Notes under the pieces: model-generated
Told to the model about the DNA's origin: nothing
What the model saw: the letters and a program-made list of their open reading frames with translations, nothing else
Databases searched by the model: none
Position numbers and translations under genes: made by a program
In this document: in pieces, positions 1 to 11,115 of the stretch
Position numbering within the stretch: the stretch's first letter is position 1
Layout of the letters: each line of letters begins with the position of its first letter
Assembly (NCBI GenBank): GCA_038103905.1
Contig: JAYNZW010000002.1
Coordinates: forward strand, 10,293 to 74,292
Direction: 5' to 3'
Source: Pelagibacteraceae bacterium
GTDB taxonomy: Bacteria; Pseudomonadota; Alphaproteobacteria; Pelagibacterales; AG-422-B15
DNA length: 64,000 bases

Positions 1-1713
1 TAAGGTCTCATTTGAAAAAGAAACACTATGAATATTTAATAACTCTTCAAAACTTTTTTCTTGTTCGTCTTGTTGTTTATTAATCAAAAACTTATGTGTC
101 TCTAAGTGAGAAGGATTATAAATACTCCTTATTAAATTTGAAAATTCTGATGCTTCTAAATATGTCTTTAAATCAGTATTTTCAAGGCTTTTGTTATCTA
201 GAGATAAAAAATCAAGAATTTTTGAGCATATTTTTGCTAAATTCTTGTCATTGAATCGTAAATTTCCAATTTCTTCTGTGTATTTATCAATGAGACTCTG
301 ATTCTCAATCATCATCCAAATTATAATTTTCTCTCGTATTACTGACTCAGGTTGGTTTGAATTTGCTCTTTCACTCTTTAATGCTTCGTTTGAAGGTTTT
401 GAAAAATTCTTATATTTTTTTGAATTAATATTTACATTATCAATTCTCTTAATTTGAATAATTTTTTCACTAAAATATTTTTTATAATAATCAGCAATTG
501 TCCTATCTGATATTTCATTTGTAATACTCATTACTTTTTTTTCAAACCCGGCTTTTTTTTCAGGAGTTGAGATATCTGAAGCACTATATTCACTGTTCCA
601 AATAAAATCTGACAAAGACAATGAATTTTTGATTAACCTTTTAAATTCTTCGTTTGAATTTTGTTTGAGAAAATCATCTGGATCCGTATCATTGGGTAAG
701 ATACAAAACTTTAGTGAATACTCTGGTTTTAATAATTGTAAACTTAACCGCGCCGCTCTTAATGCCGCTTTTTGACCAGCTTCATCTCCATCAAATACAA
801 TTGTAGGACATTTACAATATCTCCACATAGCTTCTAATTGAAATTTTGTAACTGCAGTTCCTAATGGTGCAACAACTGTCTTAAACCCATACTGATATAA
901 AGAAACTGCATCCATATATCCTTCAACCAGAAATAGTTCATCTAAATTTCTTTTTTCTTCTATCGCTAAACTAATATTATAAAGGTTAAAACTTTTTTTA
1001 AAAATTATGCTATCAGAAGAGTTAATATATTTTATTTTAGAATTATCTAACTCTCTACCACCAAATGCTATTACACGTGATCGATAATCTTTTATTGGAA
1101 AAATTAAACGACTTCTAAAGAAATCATAATATTCATTTTCTTTATACTTTGATTTTTTTATCAGTCCAAGCTTAAGAACATCCTCTATCTTATGTCCTTT
1201 TGATTTTAAAAAATTAAATAAATCACTATTTTGATTATTTGCATATCCAATCTCAAACTTATTAATTATATCTTTATCTACCTCTCGTTTATCTAAGTAA
1301 GATTTTGGAATTTCAGATTGTTTAAGATTTTCTCTATAAAAATCTTTAGCATCCTCAACTATTTTGTAGAGGTTTAAATTGATTTGCTCATTACTATAAT
1401 TTTCATTTCTTATTTTTCCTTTTTCTGGATCAAAGCCCGCTTGTCTTGCTAGAGTTTCAATTGCCTCAGGATATGTAAGCCCTTTTGTTTTCATCAAAAA
1501 AGAAAAAATATCTCCATGCTCCGATGTACTAAAACAATGATAAAATTCTTTTTGGTCGTTAACTGTAAATGAAGGTGTTTTTTCATTTTTAAAAGGACTA
1601 AGACCTATAAATTCTGATCCTCTTTGAGTCAGTTTCACTGATTTACCAACAACATCAGAAACCTTTAAGCGACCCTTAATCTCATTAATAAATTCTTTAC
1701 TGTATCGAGCCAT
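1..1713 (-). CDS. dnaG: DNA primase DnaG; the C-terminus runs off the left edge, with 571 codons in the window
   Basis: Absent from the ORF track because there is no stop in the window. I translated the minus strand from the ATG (complement of 1711-1713) and checked every in-frame triplet down to position 1: no stops. The N-terminus [61 protein letters not shown] aligns with the primase zinc-ribbon region. TOPRIM motifs [11 protein letters not shown] and [11 protein letters not shown] follow. Confidence 0.9.
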   Translation of the reverse strand, partial: [571 protein letters not shown]

Positions 1714-1767
1714 ATACAAATAATAATAGCGATATCATGTAAGATTGTCTTAAAATTAATTGGAAAA

Positions 1768-2220
1768 CTATTTCAGTTTCTCCTTTAAAATTCGGCTTGC
1801 AATAGACATATCGAGTGAATCTGAGTGCTTCTCTTTCAAAAGCTTAATAACTTTTCCTATATCTTTTAAATTTTGGGCATCAGATTGACTGATTGCTTCT
1901 TCACAAACTTTAACGGTCTGTTCTTCATCAAGTTGAGCGGGCAAAAACTCGCTTATAATTTTGACTTCTTCCTGTTCTTTTTGAACTAATTCTTGCCTAT
2001 TGGCCTTTTCAAACATTTCAATCGAATCATTTCTTTGTTTAATCATTTTTTTAAGAAGACCTGAAACAACATCTGATGAAATTTCATCATTTTCTCCATT
2101 TGATCTACTTGCGATTTCTTTATCCTTTATCGCAGCCAAAATAAGTCTAAGAGTATGAATTCTTATCTTGTCTCCACTTTTAAGCGAGTTAGAAAGCTCA
2201 TTTACAATTGTATTTTTCAT
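1768..2220 (-). CDS. GatB/YqeY domain-containing protein
   Basis: 150 aa. The N-terminal pattern SLKSGDKIRIHTLRLILAAIKDKEI is typical of the YqeY family. Confidence 0.8.
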   Translation of the reverse strand: MKNTIVNELSNSLKSGDKIRIHTLRLILAAIKDKEIASRSNGENDEISSDVVSGLLKKMIKQRNDSIEMFEKANRQELVQKEQEEVKIISEFLPAQLDEEQTVKVCEEAISQSDAQNLKDIGKVIKLLKEKHSDSLDMSIASRILKEKLK

Positions 2221-2366
2221 AGTCTTTATAATTAAAAAAACAGCTGAACTTATATTAAGATGATCATCATATCAACAAATGTTGAGTAATTTTTTTTAGG
2301 CTTAAATTCTGGCTTGCAACGGGCAAATTATTAGATTAAGTTCCAATAAATCTAGAATCAGTTTTA

Positions 2367-3545
2367 ATGAAAAAAACAAATCGATCGAGAAAACTTAATA
2401 AAGTGTCCCGATCTTTTGATTCTCCAGCAAAAATAATCCTTGAAGACAAATCAACTTTTTCCGGTATTGCAATTGGCGCCAGAAAGAAAGTTGTTGGGGA
2501 ATTATGCTTTAATACTTCAATGACAGGATATCAAGAAATAATCTCTGATCCATCTTACGCTGGGCAAATAATTAATTTTACTTTTCCTCATATCGGCAAT
2601 GTAGGCACAAATAGTTATGACAATGAAACGTTTATTCCTTTTGCAAGTGGAATTGTGGTTAGCGCTGATATCTCAGAGCCTTCAAATTTTAGATCAATTC
2701 AACATTTAGACTCTTGGCTAAAAGAAAATAATATTCCTGGTATCTGTAATGTAGATACTCGATCTATAACAAATTTGATAAGAGAAAATGGAGCTTATAA
2801 ATGTCTACTAAATACAAAAGAAAATGACCAATCTTCTCTTAGGAATAATCTTAAACTAATTAATGACTGGAATGGATTAAATAATCTTGATCTTGCAAAA
2901 GAAGTGTCATGCAAAGAACCTTTCACTTTAAAACCTAATAGTAAAAAAAATTCAATGAGAATTATTGCAATTGATTATGGAATAAAACATAACATCGTGC
3001 ACTCACTTATGAATTTAAATGCCGAAGTGATAATTGTTCCTGCAACTTCTAATGCAGAAATGATCATGAGTTTTAAACCTGATGGAATATTTTTATCTAA
3101 TGGTCCAGGCGATCCCAAGGCTACTGGTAAATATGCCATACCAACAATAAAAAAACTTATAGAAACTAAAATACCTATGTTTGGTATATGCCTTGGACAT
3201 CAACTTATCTCGTTAGCTCTAGGAGCTAAAACAAAAAAAATGTTTCAAGGACATAGAGGGGCTAATCATCCAGTAAAAAACTTGACCACAAATCAGGTGG
3301 AAATTACATCACAAAATCATGGATTTGTAGTTGAGGAAAAATCTATTCCTAAATCAGTTTCAATTACACATAAATCATTATTTGATGGATCAATAGAGGG
3401 AATAAAACATAAAAACAAAAAAGTGTTCTCTGTGCAATATCATCCTGAAGCATCGCCAGGTCCACATGATAGTCATTATTTATTTCAAGACTTTATATCA
3501 TTAATAAAAGATCATTTAAAATATGCCAAAAAGAAAAGACATTAA
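2367..3545 (+). CDS. carA: Carbamoyl-phosphate synthase small (glutaminase) subunit
   Basis: [21 protein letters not shown]-domain; GATase triad context GICLGHQL and [10 protein letters not shown]. The N-terminus is about 15 aa longer than usual, and an in-frame GTG at 2403 is an alternative start. Confidence 0.95.
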   Translation: MKKTNRSRKLNKVSRSFDSPAKIILEDKSTFSGIAIGARKKVVGELCFNTSMTGYQEIISDPSYAGQIINFTFPHIGNVGTNSYDNETFIPFASGIVVSADISEPSNFRSIQHLDSWLKENNIPGICNVDTRSITNLIRENGAYKCLLNTKENDQSSLRNNLKLINDWNGLNNLDLAKEVSCKEPFTLKPNSKKNSMRIIAIDYGIKHNIVHSLMNLNAEVIIVPATSNAEMIMSFKPDGIFLSNGPGDPKATGKYAIPTIKKLIETKIPMFGICLGHQLISLALGAKTKKMFQGHRGANHPVKNLTTNQVEITSQNHGFVVEEKSIPKSVSITHKSLFDGSIEGIKHKNKKVFSVQYHPEASPGPHDSHYLFQDFISLIKDHLKYAKKKRH

Positions 3546-6500
3546 ATCAATATTAGTTGTGGGTGCCGGACCAATAATAATTGGTCAAGCTTGTGAGTTT
3601 GACTACTCAGGAACTCAAGCTTGTAAAGCGCTGATGCAAGAAGGTTATAGGGTAATTTTGATTAACTCTAATCCAGCTACGATTATGACAGATCCAGAAA
3701 CTGCAGATGTTGTCTACATTGAGCCCATTACACCAGATGTGGTTAAAAAAATTATTATTAAAGAAAAACCCGATGTCTTGCTACCAACAATGGGGGGTCA
3801 AACAGCTTTAAATATTGCTCTCAGTTTATCTGAAAATGGAACTTTAAAAAAATATAATGTTGAGTTGATTGGGGCAAACTTAACAGCAATTAAAAAGGCT
3901 GAAGAAAGAGAGAGTTTTTATAAAGCGATGAAAAAAATAGGACTAGACTGTCCTAAAGCTGAGATAGCAAGAAGTGTTAAAGAATCATATCAATCTCTAG
4001 AAAAATTAGGTCTTCCAGTAATCATTCGTCCGTCTCTAACTTTAGGAGGAACAGGTGGTGGTATCGCAAATACCAAAAAAGAATTTGATGAAATAATTAA
4101 GTCTGGACTTCAAAACTCTCCGATTCATGAGATCTTGATTGAAGAGTCAATTGCTGGATGGAAAGAATATGAAATGGAAGTAGTAAGAGATAAAAATGAT
4201 AACTGTATTATTGTATGTTCAATTGAAAATTTAGATCCGATGGGCATCCATACAGGAGACTCTATTACTGTAGCTCCCGCATTAACTCTTACAGATAAAG
4301 AGTATCAAGTTATGCGCAATGCATCGATAGCTTGCTTGAGAGAAATTGGCGTAGAAACAGGTGGGTCTAATGTTCAATTTGCTGTAAATCCAAAAAATGG
4401 AAGATTAGTCATAATTGAAATGAATCCAAGAGTTTCAAGATCTTCAGCATTAGCATCTAAAGCTACAGGTTTTCCAATTGCAAAAATAGCTGCAAAGTTA
4501 GCTGTAGGATACACACTTGATGAACTTGATAATGAAATAACAAAAGTAACACCTGCTTCATTTGAGCCTACAATAGATTATGTTGTAACAAAAATACCTC
4601 GTTTTACTTTCGAAAAATTTCAAGTTACAAAGCCCTTGCTCTCAAGTTCCATGAAATCAGTTGGAGAAGTCATGGCAATTGGTCGCTCCTTCAATGAGTC
4701 GATGCAAAAAGCTTTGAGATCTCTTGAGGTTGGGTTTGAAGGATTTGATAAGGTAGAAAAAACTAGTAATCAAAAAATATTAACAAAAAAAAATATTCTT
4801 ACTGAGTTAAAAAAACCAGTTGTTGATAGAGTTTTACTTGTTGCTCAGGCGCTAAGATTTGGAAAGTCTATTAAAGAAATATATAATGCCTCGAAAATAG
4901 ATCCATGGTTTATAGGCCAAATAAATGAGATTATTGAGAAAGAAAATGAGATAAAGAAGAAAGGCCTGCCAAAATCAGCTTTAGAATTTCAAAAAATTAA
5001 GGCAATGGGATTTTCTGATAAAAAATTAGCTCAATTAGTAAATAAAAAGCCGGAGAATATTCTTAATATTAGAAATAAACTGAAAATATTTCCTGACTTT
5101 AAAAGAATAGATACTTGTGCCGCTGAGTTTAAGTCATTAACGCCATATATGTATTCAACATATAAAAAGAATGAAGTTTCAAATACATTTTGTGAATCAA
5201 AACCATCAAGCAGAAAAAAAGTTATTATATTAGGGAGTGGTCCTAACCGAATTGGTCAAGGAGTTGAATTTGATTATTGCTGTGTTCACGCATCCTTTGC
5301 AATTAAAAAAATGAACTATGAAACTATAATGATTAATTGTAACCCTGAAACAGTTTCAACTGATCCCGATACGAGTGATAGACTTTATTTTGAACCTTTA
5401 ACAAGTGAAGACGTATTTGAGATAATTAGAAAAGAAAAATTAAATGGAAAACTAATGGGAGTAATTGTGCAGTTTGGAGGACAAACTCCCTTAAAACTGT
5501 CTAGTTTCCTAGAAAAAATGAAAATCCCAATATTGGGCACATCTGTTGACTCAATTGATCTTGCTGAAGATAGAGAAAGATTTAAAAAAATTGCTGAAGA
5601 GCTTAACCTACTGCAACCAGCTAATGGTATTGCTTTTTCGGAAAAAGAAGCTTTTCAAATAATTGGTAAAATTGGATTTCCTGCAGTTATTAGACCTTCT
5701 TATGTACTTGGAGGAAGAGCAATGGAAATTGTTCATAACAAGGAAGAACTTAAGAAATATTTTAAACAAGCTGTCATTATTTCAGGTGATAGCCCTGTAT
5801 TGATTGATAGTTACTTGAAAGATTCAATTGAAGTGGACGTAGATGCAATTTCTGATGGTAAAAACATATTAATTGCTGGGATTATGGAGCATATCGAAGA
5901 GGCAGGCATTCACTCAGGAGATTCAACTTGCACTCTCCCACCATATTCTCTCTCAAATAAAATAATTGAAAATATAAAAAAACAAACAGTTAAGCTGGCT
6001 AAAGCTTTAAATGTCAAAGGGCTACTAAATATACAATTTGCAATACAAAATAATAATATTTTTTTATTAGAAGTTAACCCGAGAAGTAGTAGAACAGTTC
6101 CATTTGTGGCTAAGGCTACTGGAAATCAAATAGTAAAAATTGCTTCAAAAGTTGTAATGGGTAAAAAATTAAAACCTAATGATTTAAAAGAGCAAAAGAG
6201 TAATTTCATAGCAATAAAAGAGCCTGTCTTTCCTTTCAAACGTTTTCCTAATGTTGATACAATATTAGGGCCAGAAATGAAGTCTACAGGTGAAGTAATG
6301 GCAATTGATACTAGCTTTGAAAGCGCGTTCATTAAATGTCAATTAGCTGCCTCTAATCCACTACCACAAAAAGGAACTTTATTTGTATCAGTTAAAGACA
6401 CTGATAAAGCTAAGATACTTCCGGTTATTCGATCATTCAGCAAACAAGGCTTTAAAATAATGGCTACTTCTGGCACTGCTCAATATCTAATAGACGGCGG

Positions 6501-6762
6501 AGTTAAAACAAAAGTAATAAATAAGGTTTCTCAGGGTTCTCCACATTGCGTTGATGCATTGCTAGATGATAAAATTGATATTGTAATAAATACAACTGAA
6601 ACAAGAAAATCAATTAATGACTCATTTGGGATTAGAAGAACAGCACTAATTAAAAATATTCCATATTCTCTGACAGTTTCTGGTGCAAGAGCCTGTATTA
6701 ATTCTATAAAAAGACTGAAAGCTGAAGATATTACAGTTAATTCTATTACTAATTTTCATTAA
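3523..6762 (+). CDS. carB: Carbamoyl-phosphate synthase large subunit
   Basis: 1079 aa. Duplicated ATP-grasp halves ([15 protein letters not shown] and [14 protein letters not shown]; [16 protein letters not shown] and [16 protein letters not shown]) plus an MGS-like C-terminal domain. Overlaps carA by 23 nt. Confidence 0.97.
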   Translation: MPKRKDIKSILVVGAGPIIIGQACEFDYSGTQACKALMQEGYRVILINSNPATIMTDPETADVVYIEPITPDVVKKIIIKEKPDVLLPTMGGQTALNIALSLSENGTLKKYNVELIGANLTAIKKAEERESFYKAMKKIGLDCPKAEIARSVKESYQSLEKLGLPVIIRPSLTLGGTGGGIANTKKEFDEIIKSGLQNSPIHEILIEESIAGWKEYEMEVVRDKNDNCIIVCSIENLDPMGIHTGDSITVAPALTLTDKEYQVMRNASIACLREIGVETGGSNVQFAVNPKNGRLVIIEMNPRVSRSSALASKATGFPIAKIAAKLAVGYTLDELDNEITKVTPASFEPTIDYVVTKIPRFTFEKFQVTKPLLSSSMKSVGEVMAIGRSFNESMQKALRSLEVGFEGFDKVEKTSNQKILTKKNILTELKKPVVDRVLLVAQALRFGKSIKEIYNASKIDPWFIGQINEIIEKENEIKKKGLPKSALEFQKIKAMGFSDKKLAQLVNKKPENILNIRNKLKIFPDFKRIDTCAAEFKSLTPYMYSTYKKNEVSNTFCESKPSSRKKVIILGSGPNRIGQGVEFDYCCVHASFAIKKMNYETIMINCNPETVSTDPDTSDRLYFEPLTSEDVFEIIRKEKLNGKLMGVIVQFGGQTPLKLSSFLEKMKIPILGTSVDSIDLAEDRERFKKIAEELNLLQPANGIAFSEKEAFQIIGKIGFPAVIRPSYVLGGRAMEIVHNKEELKKYFKQAVIISGDSPVLIDSYLKDSIEVDVDAISDGKNILIAGIMEHIEEAGIHSGDSTCTLPPYSLSNKIIENIKKQTVKLAKALNVKGLLNIQFAIQNNNIFLLEVNPRSSRTVPFVAKATGNQIVKIASKVVMGKKLKPNDLKEQKSNFIAIKEPVFPFKRFPNVDTILGPEMKSTGEVMAIDTSFESAFIKCQLAASNPLPQKGTLFVSVKDTDKAKILPVIRSFSKQGFKIMATSGTAQYLIDGGVKTKVINKVSQGSPHCVDALLDDKIDIVINTTETRKSINDSFGIRRTALIKNIPYSLTVSGARACINSIKRLKAEDITVNSITNFH

Positions 6763-7244
6763 TCAAGAGGGACTTTACCCAACGATTTGGTGTTCTTGAT
6801 AGCAAATGCAGTTTTAACACTAGAAATATTTTCATAAGAAGTGACTTGATTAGTTAAGAAGTTATTAAAATCTTCCATGTTTTTTGAAATACATTTGAGT
6901 ATAAAATCCACTTCTCCATTTAACATGTAACATTCTCTTACCTGTTCCCATCCCCAGACAAGTTTCTCAAATTGCCTTAAGCTCTCTTCATTCTGATTTT
7001 TAAGACTTATGAAAATCCATACAGTTAGGTCAAAGCCTAATTTTGATGCGTTTATATTAGCTCTATATTCATCAATAAATCCAGCTTGTTCTAAATCTCT
7101 AACACGTCTTAACGTCGGTGGTGGGGACATATTAATTTTCTTGGCCAAGTCTAAATTAGATATTCGTCCTTCATCTTGTAATATTCTTAATATTTTAAGA
7201 TCTGTACTGTCTATTTGTTTCTTCACCACTATTCTACAGGCCAA
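6759..7244 (-). CDS. Lrp/AsnC family transcriptional regulator
   Basis: N-terminal HTH ([43 protein letters not shown]) followed by a RAM/AsnC-type effector domain. Confidence 0.9.
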   Translation of the reverse strand: MACRIVVKKQIDSTDLKILRILQDEGRISNLDLAKKINMSPPPTLRRVRDLEQAGFIDEYRANINASKLGFDLTVWIFISLKNQNEESLRQFEKLVWGWEQVRECYMLNGEVDFILKCISKNMEDFNNFLTNQVTSYENISSVKTAFAIKNTKSLGKVPLD

Positions 7245-7855
7245 TCAGTTTTGAATGTTACATAATTAATTTGAATACATCTTCTTTCTTTCTTAATTTT
7301 CTTTTTTTCTAGACCATGCCACGAGTCTTTTTCAGCTGTAAAAATATATCCATAATTATTTTTGTAAGGAATTGTTTTAGCAATACTCAAATCAGGATTA
7401 TAAAAATCAGTTCCAAGATTTTCATCCTCACCATATTTATTCACAAATATTATACTAGACATAAGTTTTTCTTTAATATCACAATGAGGCTCTAGCCAAA
7501 AACAATCTTTATCTTCTTTTTCCTCAACTCGAACATAGTATTTTGCCAAATTGAAATTTAACATTTCTTCCACAATATTTTGACATTCTTTAGATTGCAT
7601 TTCTGAAATTAAATCTCTTAAATGTGGAAATTCATTTTGATTTTGATGATCAACAAAAACTCTTAATTTTGATAATAAGTCTTTTCCAGTTTTATCCCCT
7701 GCTCTTGTTCCATCAAAAATTACTTCTCCAGATGGAATAGGCGTCTTATAGATTTCAATTATTGTTTCTTCAGATAATGGTTCATCAATAGTCCAATAAT
7801 TAAATGGACTTTGGTACTTAGACGATTTTGTTCTTAGAGAATTAATAAGTGTCAT
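7229..7855 (-). CDS. Hypothetical protein, putative 2OG-Fe(II) oxygenase-fold
   Basis: 208 aa. The pattern H-x-D (EPHCD), a distal His (SWHG) and a following Arg (RRCIQINY) has spacing typical of 2OG-Fe(II) oxygenases. The function is inferred from this motif only. Confidence 0.45.
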   Translation of the reverse strand: MTLINSLRTKSSKYQSPFNYWTIDEPLSEETIIEIYKTPIPSGEVIFDGTRAGDKTGKDLLSKLRVFVDHQNQNEFPHLRDLISEMQSKECQNIVEEMLNFNLAKYYVRVEEKEDKDCFWLEPHCDIKEKLMSSIIFVNKYGEDENLGTDFYNPDLSIAKTIPYKNNYGYIFTAEKDSWHGLEKKKIKKERRCIQINYVTFKTDWPVE

Positions 7856-7857
7856 AG

Positions 7858-8823
7858 TTATTTAAACTTATTTCTTAATTTACTAGCAATAATAGCAGTT
7901 TCATTTATGTAGTCATGTTTAAATTCATTTAGTTTATTTTCAAGCTTTCTAACCAATCCCGCTGATGATATAAAATCGTTAAAATCTTCAATTCTATTTT
8001 TAGATTTCACGCTACTTAGACGAAATACATAAACTGATTTCATTGACACAATTGCTTCAGATATCATTGAAACTGAATCAGAAGTACAAATTATGTATTT
8101 TGAAAAACCTAATAAAGCTAAGTATGGATTACTTTTGGTATCGGACCAAACAATATCACTTTTATTAAATTCAGTATTTATTTTATCTATAATTTTTTTT
8201 TCAGTTCTCCTTGAAAATAGAAAAAAAAACCTGATCTCTTGATTTTTCTTTATATTCTTTATTTTCTCTATAAGTCTTTCTAGCTCAACCTCGTCAAATT
8301 TATAATTATTACTTTGTCCTCCTAATAGGACTAAACAAATTGGCCTATCATCAAAACTAATGACATCAGAAAACTTTTCCATTTCACTTTTGATAAGATT
8401 TTCAGATATATGATTTATTGCTAAATTTGTAGTGTATGAATTTGGAAAATCTATTTTATCGTGTTTTGGGGAAATAATTGCATCAAATTCATCAAATTTA
8501 GATTTGGGATTTTGAATATGTATAGTTACTACTTTATTCTTATATTTTCTTTTTAAAAAAAGAGATAAGTAAACGCTTTTTCTACCGCATGTAATAATAA
8601 ATTTAGGAGGATTTGTTTTTTTAAAATCAAAAAGGTTGCTAAAAGCACTACTAAGAATAGGTACTATGCCAACTGGTAGAATGTTCCAAGGAAAGTTTAG
8701 TTTAACTTCCTTTAGAGTATAATCTAATTTCATCGCTAGAGCTAACCCTTTAACCTGGCTGACCATTCCTGCTGATCCATCTGTGATACACCAAGCCGAA
8801 TTTTCTCTATTGAAACTATCCAT
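7858..8823 (-). CDS. ELM1/DUF1022 family protein (GT-B-like fold, function unknown)
   Basis: 321 aa. The N-terminus AWCITDGSAGMVSQVKGLALAM resembles the conserved ITDGKAG-x-xNQ start of bacterial ELM1-family proteins. Confidence 0.6.
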   Translation of the reverse strand: MDSFNRENSAWCITDGSAGMVSQVKGLALAMKLDYTLKEVKLNFPWNILPVGIVPILSSAFSNLFDFKKTNPPKFIITCGRKSVYLSLFLKRKYKNKVVTIHIQNPKSKFDEFDAIISPKHDKIDFPNSYTTNLAINHISENLIKSEMEKFSDVISFDDRPICLVLLGGQSNNYKFDEVELERLIEKIKNIKKNQEIRFFFLFSRRTEKKIIDKINTEFNKSDIVWSDTKSNPYLALLGFSKYIICTSDSVSMISEAIVSMKSVYVFRLSSVKSKNRIEDFNDFISSAGLVRKLENKLNEFKHDYINETAIIASKLRNKFK

Positions 8824-8895
8824 TAAATTATTAATTATAATATATCTAAAAATACTTTAATTTTTAGAATTAAAATATACATTTATTTAAATCGT

Positions 8896-9828
8896 ATGCA
8901 TTCTAAAGTCTTAATTATTGGTTCTGGGCCCGCTGGCTATACAGCTGCAATTTATGCTGCAAGAGCAATGCTTAAACCAACATTGGTTCAAGGTTTACAA
9001 CCTGGAGGTCAATTAACAATCACAACAGATGTTGAAAATTATCCAGGATATGGTGATGTCATTCAAGGACCGTGGTTAATGGAGCAGATGGAAACCCAGG
9101 CAAAGAATGTTGGAACGAACATCATTAATGACATGATTAAATCAGTTGATTTTGAAAATAGACCCTTTACCGCGGTCAGTGAAAATGGTGATACATACAC
9201 TGCTGACTCCATTATCATTTCAACAGGTGCTCAAGCAAGATGGTTGGGTCTAGAGAGTGAACAAAAATTTCAGGGATATGGTGTTTCAGCATGTGCAACT
9301 TGTGATGGGTTCTTTTTCAAAGATAAAGAAGTAGTAGTGGTCGGTGGAGGTAACTCTGCTGTTGAAGAAGCACTGTTTCTAACAAGTTTTGCCTCAAAAG
9401 TGCATCTTGTTCACAGAAGAGACACTTTGAGAGCTGAAAAAATTTTACAGGACAGACTCTTAAATCACACAAAAATAAATTGTATTTGGAACAACCAGCT
9501 TGATGAAATTTATGGTGAAGATAATCCGCCAAACGTTCAAGGTGTTAAGCTTAAAAGTACGTTAGATGGCTCAATAACCGATTTGAAAGTTGATGGTGTA
9601 TTTATTGCAATAGGACATGATCCAGCAACACAGATCTTTAAAGGAAAGGTTGAAATGGATGATGAGGGCTACATAATTACAAAACCCGATTCTACTGTAA
9701 CTAGTGTTGAGGGAGTTTATGCGGCTGGAGATGTCAAAGATAAAACATTTAGGCAAGCTGTTACTGCTGCAGGAATGGGATGTATGGCTGCTCTTGAGGC
9801 TGAAAAATTTATCTCAGGATTAGAATAA
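8896..9828 (+). CDS. trxB: Thioredoxin-disulfide reductase
   Basis: FAD motif IIGSGPAGYTAAIYAAR, redox-active CATCDG, NADPH motif VVGGGNSAVEEA, C-terminal GVYAAGDV. Confidence 0.96.
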   Translation: MHSKVLIIGSGPAGYTAAIYAARAMLKPTLVQGLQPGGQLTITTDVENYPGYGDVIQGPWLMEQMETQAKNVGTNIINDMIKSVDFENRPFTAVSENGDTYTADSIIISTGAQARWLGLESEQKFQGYGVSACATCDGFFFKDKEVVVVGGGNSAVEEALFLTSFASKVHLVHRRDTLRAEKILQDRLLNHTKINCIWNNQLDEIYGEDNPPNVQGVKLKSTLDGSITDLKVDGVFIAIGHDPATQIFKGKVEMDDEGYIITKPDSTVTSVEGVYAAGDVKDKTFRQAVTAAGMGCMAALEAEKFISGLE

Positions 9829-9841
9829 TTTTATACAACTA

Positions 9842-11053
<1,212 letters not shown>

Positions 11054-11115
11054 CTATAAATGTAATTATTAGATTTTTCACAATCACAAGCTATATTTAA
11101 TACGTAGGAACAAAA

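Noticed and set aside
2308-2328. A sigma-54-like element TGGCTTGCAACGGGCA (GG and GC at -24/-12 spacing) upstream of carA
   Set aside because: Only the GG/GC dinucleotides and spacing match, while the -12 flank lacks the TTGC context. I cannot confirm that this lineage encodes RpoN. A single weak match is not enough.
2355-2365. An 11-mer GAATCAGTTTT shared between the carA 5' region (2355-2365) and the ccrM 5' region (46146-46156), as a possible common operator
   Set aside because: It is a single short AT-rich match. My rough composition-based estimate gives a non-negligible chance expectation in 128 kb of two-strand sequence. There is no further similarity in the flanks.
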